Positions 52,495-62,681 of a DNA stretch of 64,000 nucleotides are shown here, piece by piece. The position numbers and the translations under genes were made by a program. This DNA comes from a virus, in the IMG/VR virus record IMGVR_UViG_3300017766_003354, positions 32,001-96,000 of that record. One strand, 5' to 3'. Numbering within the stretch: the stretch's first letter is position 1; each line of letters opens with the position of its first letter. The notes beneath the pieces were generated by a model. The model searched no databases. It was not told the DNA's origin and saw only the letters and a list, made by a program, of their open reading frames with translations.

Positions 52495-53593
52495 GGAAAA
52501 GTTTTAGGAATTTTTGGTATAGATAGTTCGTAATTTCTGGATTAGACTCCAGCCAATCTTTTAATTTAGCCAAACCTTGCAATTGAAAATCATCATCGCC
52601 GAGGTCAAACTTCGCCGCTTTGAGTTCTGATATAAAATCAGAATCAAATTTAAGCCAAGAACCTCTTTTCTCGATATATCCCCAAGTGACAAGAAGATCG
52701 GCAATTTCATATTCTTTCCAGACAGATTTACCCTTCTTTTCTCCATGTTTAACTGGATATTTAACGATGATGTCGATTCTTTCTTTTACCCCTTTAGACA
52801 AACCTACCTCGCAATAATGTCCAACAACTTTGCCCCCTTCTTCAATATTTTTATCTTTTGTTCGACCCTTGAAGTTCCACACTTGGTTTACTCCGTGAGT
52901 AAGGGCATTCGAGCCGCCTCCACCAACGGTTTTATTTTGGTTTTTGGGAGTATATTGACCCTCGACAGATGCTCTCATTTGACTCAAAACAAAGAGACAG
53001 TGACCTAGTTTATTGAGGATTGCTCCAGCCTTCTTAAAGAGAAGAGACATCAACAGTCCGCCAGCGGCGACCTTTTCTCCCTCTGCGGTAACTTTGTCGT
53101 CGTCGTCTCTGCGAATTAGAGCGTCCGCAGAATCAATACCAATCAAATATCTGAATTTGTTTTCGTTGTTCTTTACGAGATCGTTAATCATGTCAATGAT
53201 TAACTCATAAATATGACTCTCAACAACAAAAATTGTTCCGACCTCCCAATCTTCAGGGGTATAAACAAATGTAGCGTCAATACGATCTACCGCTTCTAAA
53301 TGTCGCCCTTCAGCATCAAACCACACTCCTTTTGAATTTTCGATTGTCTTGAGTCCATTAGCGATACAAGTTAGAACGCAATGAGTTTTTCCGCCAAAGC
53401 TTGCCCCATTGACTTTAATCCCGCCAGCCTTAAATCCTCCACCGAGTTCTGCATCAAATTGCAAAGATCCTGTAGAAGCCTTCCATTTTACTGTTTCTTG
53501 GAAATTAAGGTGATCGCCTTTGAATTTTTGCATCAAAAGCTCCATTTGTTTTTTGGAGGTATCGCCTAAATCTTCTTTTTTCTTTGCTGCCAT
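52484..53593 (-). CDS. recA: RecA/UvsX-like recombinase
   Basis: STGS..FD..LGGG, G....GKT, FDAEG, IDS, SQ.R, GG.AL.H. Confidence 0.88.
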   Translation of the reverse strand: MAAKKKEDLGDTSKKQMELLMQKFKGDHLNFQETVKWKASTGSLQFDAELGGGFKAGGIKVNGASFGGKTHCVLTCIANGLKTIENSKGVWFDAEGRHLEAVDRIDATFVYTPEDWEVGTIFVVESHIYELIIDMINDLVKNNENKFRYLIGIDSADALIRRDDDDKVTAEGEKVAAGGLLMSLLFKKAGAILNKLGHCLFVLSQMRASVEGQYTPKNQNKTVGGGGSNALTHGVNQVWNFKGRTKDKNIEEGGKVVGHYCEVGLSKGVKERIDIIVKYPVKHGEKKGKSVWKEYEIADLLVTWGYIEKRGSWLKFDSDFISELKAAKFDLGDDDFQLQGLAKLKDWLESNPEITNYLYQKFLKLFLEN

Positions 53594-53597
53594 ATTG

Positions 53598-53966
53598 TTA
53601 GTCTAAAAATTTCCTAATGCTGAGAACCTTAATGTTCGACTTATCATCGCCAGATTTAACTCCCGTGTCCACGGGTTTTTCATATTCTTCGATCTTATAG
53701 TGGAATTCTCGAAGTTTTTTGGCCAAATATTTTTTGCCGTCTTCAGTCTTAAACCACAAAATGTTGTTCAATTTAAATGGTGGTGGGCCGACCTTCGCCA
53801 TAAAATCAATCTCTTCTGGATACCAAGAGAAGATTTCGTGGACTGTAATTATGTCCACTTTATTGGCCTTGAATTCGTTGCCAACCCGCAACATGCGCCT
53901 CAAGAATGCTCGCTTACTGAGCATCGAGTGTTTCGGTGGCTTGATTTTTTTAGCGCGTGTCGCCAT
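53598..53966 (-). CDS. hypothetical protein
   Basis: ORF with own TTGACA promoter at about 54002. Confidence 0.65.
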   Translation of the reverse strand: MATRAKKIKPPKHSMLSKRAFLRRMLRVGNEFKANKVDIITVHEIFSWYPEEIDFMAKVGPPPFKLNNILWFKTEDGKKYLAKKLREFHYKIEEYEKPVDTGVKSGDDKSNIKVLSIRKFLD

Positions 53967-53998
53967 GTAAGCGACTCTATTTCAATGGGTTGAAAATG

Positions 53999-55057
53999 TC
54001 AAGGAGTTTTTTTAAGCCCTTGAATATCCCATGCGACCATCTGACGAACCAATTCTTTAAAATTGACTTTTGGTTGCCAATTTAATTCTTTTTTAATCAA
54101 GCTATTATCTCCAAGCAGGGGGCTAGACTTCGATCTAACCAAAGAAGAATCTACTGTAACTAGCTTCTGACTGGCGAATTCAGCAAAGTCCGCCAAATAA
54201 TTAGGAAGAATATAATATTCATTGAGTTTTTCTCCAACCCAAGTTCCTTCGATTCCCGCTGCTTGAAACGCTTGTTCAACAAATTCTTTTACTGTATGGC
54301 TCTCTCCTGAAGAAATGATATAGTCTTTGGGAACGGCGGCCTGCGTCATCAAAAATGCCGCCTCAACACCATCACCAGCAAAAGACCAATCCTTCTCAGT
54401 ATTTAAATCCCCCAATTGAATTGGCTCAAAAGCTTCTCCTTTTTCCAAAGCTTTTTTAATTCTGGCTACTCCTCTAGTGATTTTTCGAGTAACATAAACA
54501 GGAGATCTTTCAGTTGATTCTTGATTATAAAATATTCCGCTCACAGCAAAAAGATTATATTTTTGTCGATAAGTGTCTATAATTTCCCTAGCAGAATTCT
54601 TAGAGACTCCGTAAATTGAATTGGGGTGTTTTGAAGTATTTTCGGTCTGCGGGTATTCGCCGCAATTACCAAAAATTTCAGAAGAACAAGCATTAAAAAA
54701 ACGACATTCTGGACACAAACGCAAAATAGCATCAAGCATATTAAGAACCGATATGGTATTAATAGACATTGTAGCGACAGGCCAATTCCAACAATCAGGA
54801 ACAAACGCACTGCCAGCAAAATTAAAAAAGTAATCTGGTCGCTCTTTTTCTATTAGGCTAAAAATACTTGCCTGATCGGTGACATCTAAATGGACTGATT
54901 TAAAATTAGGATTCTTATTTAGATAATGACTTGCAGAGGACCCTTTCTCCACAAATTCTGCCCCGACCACTTCAAACCCATAAGAAAGAAGAAGCTCGGC
55001 CATATAACTTCCGAGATTCCCAGAAGTTCCTGTTACAATACATTTTAAAGGATTCAT
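53999..55057 (-). CDS. gmd: GDP-mannose 4,6-dehydratase-like SDR
   Basis: VTG..G..GSY.AELLL..G, SSE.FG, PQ.E, YG.SK, VTRKIT, LG.L...DW, W.P...F.EL..MV..D. Confidence 0.88.
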   Translation of the reverse strand: MNPLKCIVTGTSGNLGSYMAELLLSYGFEVVGAEFVEKGSSASHYLNKNPNFKSVHLDVTDQASIFSLIEKERPDYFFNFAGSAFVPDCWNWPVATMSINTISVLNMLDAILRLCPECRFFNACSSEIFGNCGEYPQTENTSKHPNSIYGVSKNSAREIIDTYRQKYNLFAVSGIFYNQESTERSPVYVTRKITRGVARIKKALEKGEAFEPIQLGDLNTEKDWSFAGDGVEAAFLMTQAAVPKDYIISSGESHTVKEFVEQAFQAAGIEGTWVGEKLNEYYILPNYLADFAEFASQKLVTVDSSLVRSKSSPLLGDNSLIKKELNWQPKVNFKELVRQMVAWDIQGLKKTP

Positions 55058-55581
55058 ATTTTAATAAAGAAAGAGTTGAGGCCATCATCTGTGGTTGTCT
55101 GCAACTGCAAATTATGCTCCAAGCAAAACTCATCTACAGCATCACAAACCTCAAAAAACTGCTCTCTATTATAGTCATGACCAGCTATAATTCCACCGCT
55201 CTTTATTACCCTAAGTGATTCGGCCAATTCTTTCTTTGTGTGTTCGTATTGGTGGCTTGAATCTATGTAAATGAAGTCAAAATAGCCCTCTGGAAAACTT
55301 TTTAAAAATTCGACAGAATCACTCTTTTTTATAAAAACATTTTCGGTATTAGAAAATTTACCCTCAACCATTCTAAGAAGCTTGCCTCCATGATAAATTT
55401 CAATATTATTTCCATTAACATCGCCGCTCTGAACGATCCCGTCAAAAAGATCAACAAGATATAGCTCTTTTGGTTGGCAGAGATTATATATCTCCTGAGA
55501 GAACTCTCCTTTAAAGACTCCCAACTCTGCAATAATAAGATCCTTATTTAAGGACTTCAGTAATTCTATTCTTGTTTTCAT
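55054..55581 (-). CDS. class I SAM-dependent methyltransferase
   Basis: ELGVFKG, VD.F, FDFIYIDS.H.YE, GGII.GHDY. Confidence 0.88.
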   Translation of the reverse strand: MKTRIELLKSLNKDLIIAELGVFKGEFSQEIYNLCQPKELYLVDLFDGIVQSGDVNGNNIEIYHGGKLLRMVEGKFSNTENVFIKKSDSVEFLKSFPEGYFDFIYIDSSHQYEHTKKELAESLRVIKSGGIIAGHDYNREQFFEVCDAVDEFCLEHNLQLQTTTDDGLNSFFIKI

Positions 55582-56275
55582 TTAGAAATTTTTCCATTTT
55601 CTGTTTTTTGCCGAACATTGCGTTTTCAAATCCGCAAAAGTGATAAAGCTTTCGAAAGGCCGTAAAACAATTTTTGTGAGCATCGAAAACAGTTAAATAA
55701 GTAAAATTCAAAGCTTTATTGAGATCGAATCTAGTCTCCTGAAGAACGGCGTAATTAAAGCTAGACTGCTCAAGAATAGCATTCTCCATAACGCTTTGGC
55801 TCTTACAATTCTCAAATAGCTTTCTGACTCTGGCTAAAAACTCAATATTCTTAAAGGCAAACGACCCAGCATTGATTCCAAAAAAATGAGAGATCTTATC
55901 TGAGTATCCTTGCGTAATGTCAAACGGATATTTAAACCAGTATCTTCCTTGCTCGCATGGAGCATTCATTAGCTTAGATTCTTGAGTTATAGATAATGGG
56001 CGATCATCGAAAAGAAGTCCCAAATCTCCAAAAAACAAAATATCAGAATCTAAATAAATATACTGATCGTAGCCTTCTGGAATTTGATCTGAGTATTTCA
56101 GGAAACCAATATAATTACCGCAAGAATCATCAACATATACTTTATGTCCACAATCACAATCCTTATCAGAAATAATGGCAAAATCGAACTCTCCATCAAT
56201 ATGAGATAACATCATATCAATACATTCAATAGAACCATCCTTGAAATCAGAAACGGTATAAAGAAGAGTTTTCAT
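55544..56275 (-). CDS. GT-A glycosyltransferase (GT8-like)
   Basis: YIYLDSDILF, INAG, EQ..FN, HF. Confidence 0.78.
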   Translation of the reverse strand: MKTLLYTVSDFKDGSIECIDMMLSHIDGEFDFAIISDKDCDCGHKVYVDDSCGNYIGFLKYSDQIPEGYDQYIYLDSDILFFGDLGLLFDDRPLSITQESKLMNAPCEQGRYWFKYPFDITQGYSDKISHFFGINAGSFAFKNIEFLARVRKLFENCKSQSVMENAILEQSSFNYAVLQETRFDLNKALNFTYLTVFDAHKNCFTAFRKLYHFCGFENAMFGKKQKMEKFLNENKNRITEVLK

Positions 56276-56892
56276 CGAAGAAGTGATGAGATTTCATTTT
56301 GAGCCGTTCTTTGATAAACGGCCAGAATAGACCAATAGACCTTTAAATCGAGATCTTGAATTGCATAATTAAGCTGCCAGTCAAAGGGTGCGACTGGAGT
56401 TAAAGTATGATCAAAGATTTTCTGAGCAGATTTCGGATTCACCATATAGCAATGAGCATATCGGCTCGTCATCCATGGTGCTGTTTGAATAATAGTTGAC
56501 CCCTGAATGTCTGCTTCTGGATAAGAACCAATAAATAACAAATCTCCATCGCCATCCAAAAAGTCTTCTGCGGCCAAATTGCAGAACTCTTTAAAATTGA
56601 AAAAAGGCTCCTTAATATCATCTTCTAGAATAACCCCTATGTTTTTTCGGGCACAAATTCTTTTTATAGCCTCTTGTTGTTTGAGATAGAGGGATATTTC
56701 AGCTTCATTTAAATATGAGCCATTTGCAGAATGCGGGCAAAAGGTTCTTTGGAAATTTTTTACTTCGGGGCTTTCTGGTAAAAATGATTCGATCCAATCA
56801 GCCTTGATTCTTTCTCGACTAAAGAAAGCCTCCATATATTCTGCTCTCTCTACAGCGGGCAGATGGTGCAAACAATAAAAGTCAATATCCAT
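56272..56892 (-). CDS. glycosyltransferase family 25-like
   Basis: ER..M, EI...L, ILEDD, HCY.V....A.K, P.D. Confidence 0.78.
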   Translation of the reverse strand: MDIDFYCLHHLPAVERAEYMEAFFSRERIKADWIESFLPESPEVKNFQRTFCPHSANGSYLNEAEISLYLKQQEAIKRICARKNIGVILEDDIKEPFFNFKEFCNLAAEDFLDGDGDLLFIGSYPEADIQGSTIIQTAPWMTSRYAHCYMVNPKSAQKIFDHTLTPVAPFDWQLNYAIQDLDLKVYWSILAVYQRTAQNEISSLLR

Positions 56893-57668
56893 TAGATTGC
56901 AAGATTATGTTTAATAGCTAAGGCGTCAAAATCCTCCAAAGAACGATGAACCTTATGTGGCGGCGGAACACCGCCCGACTCCAAGAGCCAATGCTTGGCC
57001 CAGAAGTTTTCATTTCTCAAAAGTCTCGCGTCTAAATTAACGTATCCTTCATGAACGACAAACGGAAAATTGCCGCTCTGCAAGTCTTCTAGCTTTTTTG
57101 AAAATTGAGTAGATCTTGCTATATACCCGTTCGCATCGATCAGTTCACAAGAATCACTAACTTGAGTATTTATTGTTCCGTCTGGCTTTCTTGCATAATT
57201 CACAGGCCCACGAAACAAACCATCTTTGTGAATATACCATTTAGGAGTAATTGAGAAATAATGGTCTTTGTCTTTATATAAATTAATAGACGGAACCATA
57301 TAGCAGTCAAAAAAATATTCCCCCAAAAGACCATAAGCCATCGTTGTCCACATGGGTTTTTGCCATTGTGGAATGTATTCGTCCATATCTAAACCAACCT
57401 TTATCTCGGATGTCGTAGATTGGAGGGCATTATTTTTGATTTTACCGTCAAGCCATGGATCTTTATAAGAATAATGAGATTCGACAATAACCAAATTTGA
57501 GAATTCTTCTTTTAGTTTTTTTAATTCCTCAAGAGTCCCATCTTCGCTAGTGTTTACGCAAATTACAACCTCGTCAGCGAAAGCGCAGAACCTATTTATC
57601 GACTTTTTATAGTCGAATCCGTTTTTGATCAAATTAAATGCGCTGGAATAAATAGAAATCATTGCCAT
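56892..57668 (-). CDS. glycosyltransferase family 2
   Basis: ADEVVI....SEDGT, LDMDE. Confidence 0.8.
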   Translation of the reverse strand: MAMISIYSSAFNLIKNGFDYKKSINRFCAFADEVVICVNTSEDGTLEELKKLKEEFSNLVIVESHYSYKDPWLDGKIKNNALQSTTSEIKVGLDMDEYIPQWQKPMWTTMAYGLLGEYFFDCYMVPSINLYKDKDHYFSITPKWYIHKDGLFRGPVNYARKPDGTINTQVSDSCELIDANGYIARSTQFSKKLEDLQSGNFPFVVHEGYVNLDARLLRNENFWAKHWLLESGGVPPPHKVHRSLEDFDALAIKHNLAI

Positions 57669-58471
57669 ATAAAATCGTAATAAGCTTTCTGTCTTGCACC
57701 AATTTCTCGGCAAGAATCCATATTCAAACGACTCAAATCAAGATCAACTCTGACAACTGAATTCGGAATGATGTAAATTTGGCCTTTTCTGGAAATTTGA
57801 TAACACATATTACAGTGGTCACAATTAACATCTGCGCTCCATCTTACGGCATTGAAAACATTACTCTTAATAAGAGCAAACCCGCCGAACGCCGAAAGAA
57901 CCTTAATTGGCTTGCCGCTCTTCCAATCTTCTTGGTCTTGTTTTAAAAATGATGGACAGTCTGTGAAATAGATTCCTTTATTGCCAAAATTATCCCTATA
58001 TGCGTAAACATCATAATAAGAATCAGGCCCGCCAAATGTTAAATCCTCAATTGGTTGGCGCACATTTGGAGTCACCATTACGGCGTCTTCAAGTGTGTCA
58101 AGCGATAAAAGCTGAATCATGAAGTTCAACTTATTGAAACGAATATCAGAATCAATCAAAAGAGAGTAATCAGATTTATTTTCTCCAGCCAAATCTTTAC
58201 ATTTATTGCGGCACTCGCAGAGGAATCTCATTCTTTCTGGATCGGTCACAGAGCCGAATTTCTTTGCGCCGAGATCTTCATATAAAAATTCACCTTTTCG
58301 AGAAGAAAGCCAATTTTTAATTAGTTCTCTGGTATTATCTTTCGAATCATTCTCATAAAAGAAATAAGAAAACTCAATTCTATGACTATCTTCAATACTT
58401 TCCAACTGAGAAAAAAGCCTTGGAAGACTTTCTTCAGAATCTCGAAAGATGCAAAAAACAGAGACTTTCAT
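57659..58471 (-). CDS. GT-A glycosyltransferase
   Basis: YENDS.D.T, L..CRN, IDSDI, YYD.YA, V.SAFGGFA. Confidence 0.78.
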   Translation of the reverse strand: MKVSVFCIFRDSEESLPRLFSQLESIEDSHRIEFSYFFYENDSKDNTRELIKNWLSSRKGEFLYEDLGAKKFGSVTDPERMRFLCECRNKCKDLAGENKSDYSLLIDSDIRFNKLNFMIQLLSLDTLEDAVMVTPNVRQPIEDLTFGGPDSYYDVYAYRDNFGNKGIYFTDCPSFLKQDQEDWKSGKPIKVLSAFGGFALIKSNVFNAVRWSADVNCDHCNMCYQISRKGQIYIIPNSVVRVDLDLSRLNMDSCREIGARQKAYYDFIWQ

Positions 58472-58656
58472 TAGAAAGGTTGTTCCCAGATTGGACCATG
58501 ATTTGCCGCCTCTAGGATAGCGATTGCTTGTCTAAAGTCAGCGGCGTTGCTCGCCTCTAAGTCTGCTTGAGATTCGTCCCCTCGGGCGCGATTGATGGGT
58601 TCATTAGTTTCACATACTTCGAGTGCTATTTTTAGTTGGTCGATTGACGCTTTCAT
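58471..58656 (-). CDS. hypothetical protein
   Basis: ORF. Confidence 0.55.
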   Translation of the reverse strand: MKASIDQLKIALEVCETNEPINRARGDESQADLEASNAADFRQAIAILEAANHGPIWEQPF

Positions 58657-58678
58657 GTTGTTATTATAGATTCGCCAT

Positions 58679-58873
58679 CTAAATTTTCAAGAAATTCTCA
58701 AACTCTGTTTCTCCTGTCTCAATCATTTTCAAAACATAAGGAACGCAATACTGACATTTTGAACAGCAGAGGTTCTTTTCTTTTAGTTCTTCTAGGGACT
58801 CTTTTTGGAGAAGAATTTGGATTTCCGAGAATGAAATATTATGGCAGATACACTTCTTTATCTGAGAGGGCAT
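58679..58873 (-). CDS. BFD-like [2Fe-2S]-binding protein
   Basis: CICHNISF.EI...C..C. Confidence 0.65.
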   Translation of the reverse strand: MPSQIKKCICHNISFSEIQILLQKESLEELKEKNLCCSKCQYCVPYVLKMIETGETEFENFLKI

Positions 58874-60861
58874 GCGCCATTTTCACACTCCAGTCCATCA
58901 ATCAATTCCGAACCAACATCAAACATAGAATCAATAGGCTTGACTCTTTTGATTTGTCGGTTGTATTCCTCTTCCGAGATTTCTTCCAAAGGAGCTTGGA
59001 CGAACCCGTGCTTGGAGTGCATTAGGAAGCTGAGAGTCTTCATATTTTTATCATAATTCTCGCTCATCCATGTCTTAATCGCGCCAAGCTCTTCTGGCTT
59101 ATAATAAACCGTTACCGAAACAGAATTATCTGCCCAAATTTTCTGAAGCTTTTTGGTAAGTTCGAGTTGATCTACTGCCCCCATTTGATCAGCCGTAATT
59201 GTGGAAGGTTCAAATTCGCACGGGAATTCAATAACAGTCATTCCATAATCTTCACTGCTGTCAAAGCGCCGAACGTATTCGGTCTTGTAGCCAGCGTCAC
59301 GACAAAGTTTAACCAAAGGATCAGAACTGGCCATTCTCACCCTACGAATGAGATAACGAGAATAGGCGGGATGAACCCCAGAAGTCGCCCCTCCAAGAAG
59401 GGATAGTGTGCCAGAAGGTTTCACTGTCGTCAATTTGATGCTTTCGGGGATCGCTAATTGCATGCTCCAAGACTTATCGAACATTTTAAGCTCTCTGTAG
59501 CACTCGTCCAACCACTCCAACTTATCCAAAGCCTGACAAACACCAGTAACTCCTAGGCCAATGCGGCGATTCTTTTTGACAATTTTATCTGTCTTTTCGT
59601 AAAGCGCGGGCAAATTCCATACGGCTTTTTGAGTCTTATAGAGAAGTTTGGCGCAATCAATTAACTGTTCTTTTGACTCGATATTATTGAGATACAATTC
59701 TGAAAGATTGCAGGCTTCTCCGTCTGCCAAAGTAATTTCAGCGCATGGATTTACGCCCTCACAGTTGTCCTTTTTCTCTTCTCCAATTCTGCCAAATTTT
59801 TGGCAAAGTTTCATATTGATGAATCCGTAAGGTTCTCCCTTAGCCATTCCAGTTTTTGGATCAATAGTATATCCATTCTCCCAAACCTCATTGCTGATAT
59901 GCGCGTAAGAATCAGCCTCAATGCTATTGTTTGATTTGCCTCTCCAATTTGGGATATCTCCATCGCTCCACTTTTTGGCCCTTAAATAAAGGTAGTCGTC
60001 AGGATCGCCAATTGCTATCTCTGCGCTACGTCTGACATTTCCCGCGACAACAATATCTCCAATGATATTATTAATATCCAAGACATCAACAGATCTTAGC
60101 TTCTTGCCTTCGCGATTGGTCAAAACTCCAGCAATAGATTCAAGACCCTCTACTAGAATTTGTGGACCGCTGGCCGTTCCTCCAAATCCTTGAATTGGTT
60201 CTCCAGCGCCTCTAACCAAAATAGTAGAATACGAAAACGACTTGCCTGTAACAAAGAACGACTGAATAACCTTTCTAAGCAATTCCACCCATCCTTGTCG
60301 AGAGTCTGGGACAATAAAATCTGCGTCTTTTTCTTTATTATGGGTAATGTGAACGCCGCGTTTTACTCTCGGAAGTTCGTGGATGTCTTCGCGGCGAACG
60401 GAAAAGCCAACTCCTCCACCAAGCATTAAATGTTCAAATACAAAACAAAAATCCTCGATCTCTCTCATCGAGACATACCAGCAATTAAGAAGGGACGCAA
60501 GGCCAAACCTATCCACCGTAGAGGTCCCCAACTGCCACAGCATTCGGCCAGCAAAATTACACTTGAGATTAAAGACCAAATCAAAGAGTCTTTGAGCTTC
60601 TTCTGGAGAATATTTTGCGCCAATCTTTTGTGCTCCATTAATACAACGGGCAACTGTCTGCCACCATTCTTCGCTTACTCCATCACAAATCTTTCTCGCA
60701 TAAGTCCTCTTATAAACAATATAGCCTAGTCCATTGAATCCCCATTTAGGGTTTGTTCCTTCATAAGGAGCAAGAAATTCCCTTGGCAGGATCTCTGAAT
60801 AACAATGCTTGTCCTTATATGCCCGCTCCTCTTGTAAAACCTCGTCCTTGATCATAGTCAT
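58858..60861 (-). CDS. nrdJ: class II (adenosylcobalamin) ribonucleotide reductase
   Basis: YKRTYAR, GRMLW, LLNC, VVAGNVRRSA, NPCAE, CNL, TTVKPSGT, C-terminal C...AC. Confidence 0.93.
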   Translation of the reverse strand: MTMIKDEVLQEERAYKDKHCYSEILPREFLAPYEGTNPKWGFNGLGYIVYKRTYARKICDGVSEEWWQTVARCINGAQKIGAKYSPEEAQRLFDLVFNLKCNFAGRMLWQLGTSTVDRFGLASLLNCWYVSMREIEDFCFVFEHLMLGGGVGFSVRREDIHELPRVKRGVHITHNKEKDADFIVPDSRQGWVELLRKVIQSFFVTGKSFSYSTILVRGAGEPIQGFGGTASGPQILVEGLESIAGVLTNREGKKLRSVDVLDINNIIGDIVVAGNVRRSAEIAIGDPDDYLYLRAKKWSDGDIPNWRGKSNNSIEADSYAHISNEVWENGYTIDPKTGMAKGEPYGFINMKLCQKFGRIGEEKKDNCEGVNPCAEITLADGEACNLSELYLNNIESKEQLIDCAKLLYKTQKAVWNLPALYEKTDKIVKKNRRIGLGVTGVCQALDKLEWLDECYRELKMFDKSWSMQLAIPESIKLTTVKPSGTLSLLGGATSGVHPAYSRYLIRRVRMASSDPLVKLCRDAGYKTEYVRRFDSSEDYGMTVIEFPCEFEPSTITADQMGAVDQLELTKKLQKIWADNSVSVTVYYKPEELGAIKTWMSENYDKNMKTLSFLMHSKHGFVQAPLEEISEEEYNRQIKRVKPIDSMFDVGSELIDGLECENGACPLR

Positions 60862-60889
60862 GTCTTTTACACATTCTAAGGCAAGAAAA

Positions 60890-61230
60890 AGATTTTAGCA
60901 AGAACTTTCTCAAAGAAAATTCTCGTCTGCGCCAGCCTACTATATGAAATCGAGCATCGCGAGATTTCACACATTGTAAACGCGCAACTGCATCGTATTT
61001 ACAGAGTCAATTGTTGTAGAATTTAATAAAGAATAGCTGAGTCTAATTATTCTGGAATGGAGAAATCAAACGAAACTTTTGCGAATCCTGATTTCGCAAT
61101 GCAAGGATAATTAGCGAAGCTTGCGTAGAACAAACGAAACTTTGGTTTACTGCTGTTCAAGCAAATTGGAAAGGCGAAACGGTAATTTAAATCGGGACAG
61201 GCGAAACTTTTGCGCATCCGTCCCGCTTCT
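60890..61230 (-). repeat. non-coding region with repeated motif-bearing hairpins
   Basis: CGAAACTTT at 61071, 61135 and 61202, each within a different inverted repeat. Confidence 0.6.
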
Positions 61231-61236
61231 GTTTCA

Positions 61237-61264
61237 ATTATACAGACAATTTATTTCGTGTCAA
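61237..61264 (-). promoter_or_regulatory. consensus sigma70-type promoter
   Basis: TTGACA-N16-TATAAT on - strand. Confidence 0.75.
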
Positions 61265-61427
61265 GCTTTTTTTTTCAAAAATCTTCCATTATTTTCATTT
61301 CGCCGTCTTCCTTCTTAAATCTTCCACAAAATAAAGATTATACTGGGCGACCCAACGACTGTTTGAATCGCTTGTTATAGTGTAAAAAAGACTTGACTTT
61401 TCATAACTCGTTGACTATTATAGCACA

Positions 61428-61862
61428 ATGTTGACGGCAACCGTTTCAAACCTTGATGGAATTCGACCTCCCGCGCACGCGGGCGATGTTGGATTTGACC
61501 TTATCGCAGCTTCGGAACCTCGATTCGTTGGCAATCCTCCGTCTATTCAATATGTTGAATATGATACAGAAGTAAGAATTAAGCCTCCAAAGGGCCACTT
61601 CTCTCTAATTTTCCCACGATCATCTATTTCTAATTATACTTTAGCTCTAGCTAATAGCGTCGGAGTTATTGATGAAGGCTATCGTGGAAACATAATAATT
61701 AGATTTCGCGTAGTCTATCAAACTGGAGAATTGAAATTTTATAAAAAGGGAGACAAAATTGCCCAACTGGTGTTTATGCCATCAGTTATCCCTACTCTTG
61801 TTGAGGGGGACGTAGATGAAACAGAACGAGGAACTGGTGCTTTTGGAAGCACGGGAAACTAA
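61428..61862 (+). CDS. dut: trimeric dUTPase
   Basis: GFDL, PRSS, NSVGVIDEGYRG, GDKIAQL, RG.GAFGSTG. Confidence 0.93.
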   Translation: MLTATVSNLDGIRPPAHAGDVGFDLIAASEPRFVGNPPSIQYVEYDTEVRIKPPKGHFSLIFPRSSISNYTLALANSVGVIDEGYRGNIIIRFRVVYQTGELKFYKKGDKIAQLVFMPSVIPTLVEGDVDETERGTGAFGSTGN

Positions 61863-61874
61863 TATTACAGTAAT

Positions 61875-62075
61875 ATGATTGGAAATCTAATAAGCAAAAC
61901 AATTAAAATAGTAACCCTACCTCTCGACGCAGCGAATGTCGGTCTAGACATCGCAACTGGAGGGAGCGGCTCAAAACGCAGCCGAACAAACTATAACGAC
62001 TGTAGCCCACTAGGAGATCTCGAACGCTTGCGTGACAAAATTGCAGAAGCGGCCAAAGAAATTGACGACAACTGA
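61875..62075 (+). CDS. hypothetical protein
   Basis: ORF. Confidence 0.6.
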   Translation: MIGNLISKTIKIVTLPLDAANVGLDIATGGSGSKRSRTNYNDCSPLGDLERLRDKIAEAAKEIDDN

Positions 62076-62078
62076 ATT

Positions 62079-62681
62079 ATGGAAATTATCGCTGTATCAG
62101 GAATCGCCCGTTCTGGCAAAGACACATTCGCAGATTGCCTTGCGAAAGAAGTTTCCGACATGTTCCCCAACCTTAAAGTCCGAAGGGAGAGTCTAGCTTC
62201 CTTTCTCAAAGATGAAATGGCTGGGTTCTTGATGGAGAAATTCAATAAAGACATTTACTCGCTAGAAGGAGAAGAGAAGGAAAAGTTTCGACCTTTGCTT
62301 GTGGCGTATGGATTCGCAAAACGGTTGGATACAAAAGGAACCTACTTTACTTCTCTTCTCCAAAAAAAGATGGAGACGGAGAACGCTGACATATATATCA
62401 TTTCTGATCTTCGATATGCAGAATCAGAATCAGATGAACTTTCGTGGTTAAAGAATCAAGGAGGCAAGCTTATCCATATTCGTCGCTACAATATAAAAAA
62501 CGGCCAAAAACAATACATCAAACCCCCAAATTCTGACGAAAAGAAGAACGATCCTCTTCTCGAAAAGAATGCCGACTTCCATATTGATTGGGAATCTGCT
62601 TCTTCTCCACAAGAACTAAATAAAGAGGCTTCTAGATATTGCCAAAACTTCATCCATCAGAACATCAAGCTTTTCCTATGA
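62079..62681 (+). CDS. dNMP kinase-like P-loop protein
   Basis: SG.ARSGKDT, SLA..LK, R.LL..G, ISDLRY. Confidence 0.8.
   Translation: MEIIAVSGIARSGKDTFADCLAKEVSDMFPNLKVRRESLASFLKDEMAGFLMEKFNKDIYSLEGEEKEKFRPLLVAYGFAKRLDTKGTYFTSLLQKKMETENADIYIISDLRYAESESDELSWLKNQGGKLIHIRRYNIKNGQKQYIKPPNSDEKKNDPLLEKNADFHIDWESASSPQELNKEASRYCQNFIHQNIKLFL

Noticed and set aside
40260-60729. + strand ORFs opposite the replication genes
   Set aside because: Shadow ORFs antisense to well-supported - strand genes.
60890-61230. Cobalamin riboswitch or hammerhead ribozyme upstream of nrdJ
   Set aside because: No B12-box motifs on the coding strand; CGAAAC is present but without a properly placed CUGAnGA core.
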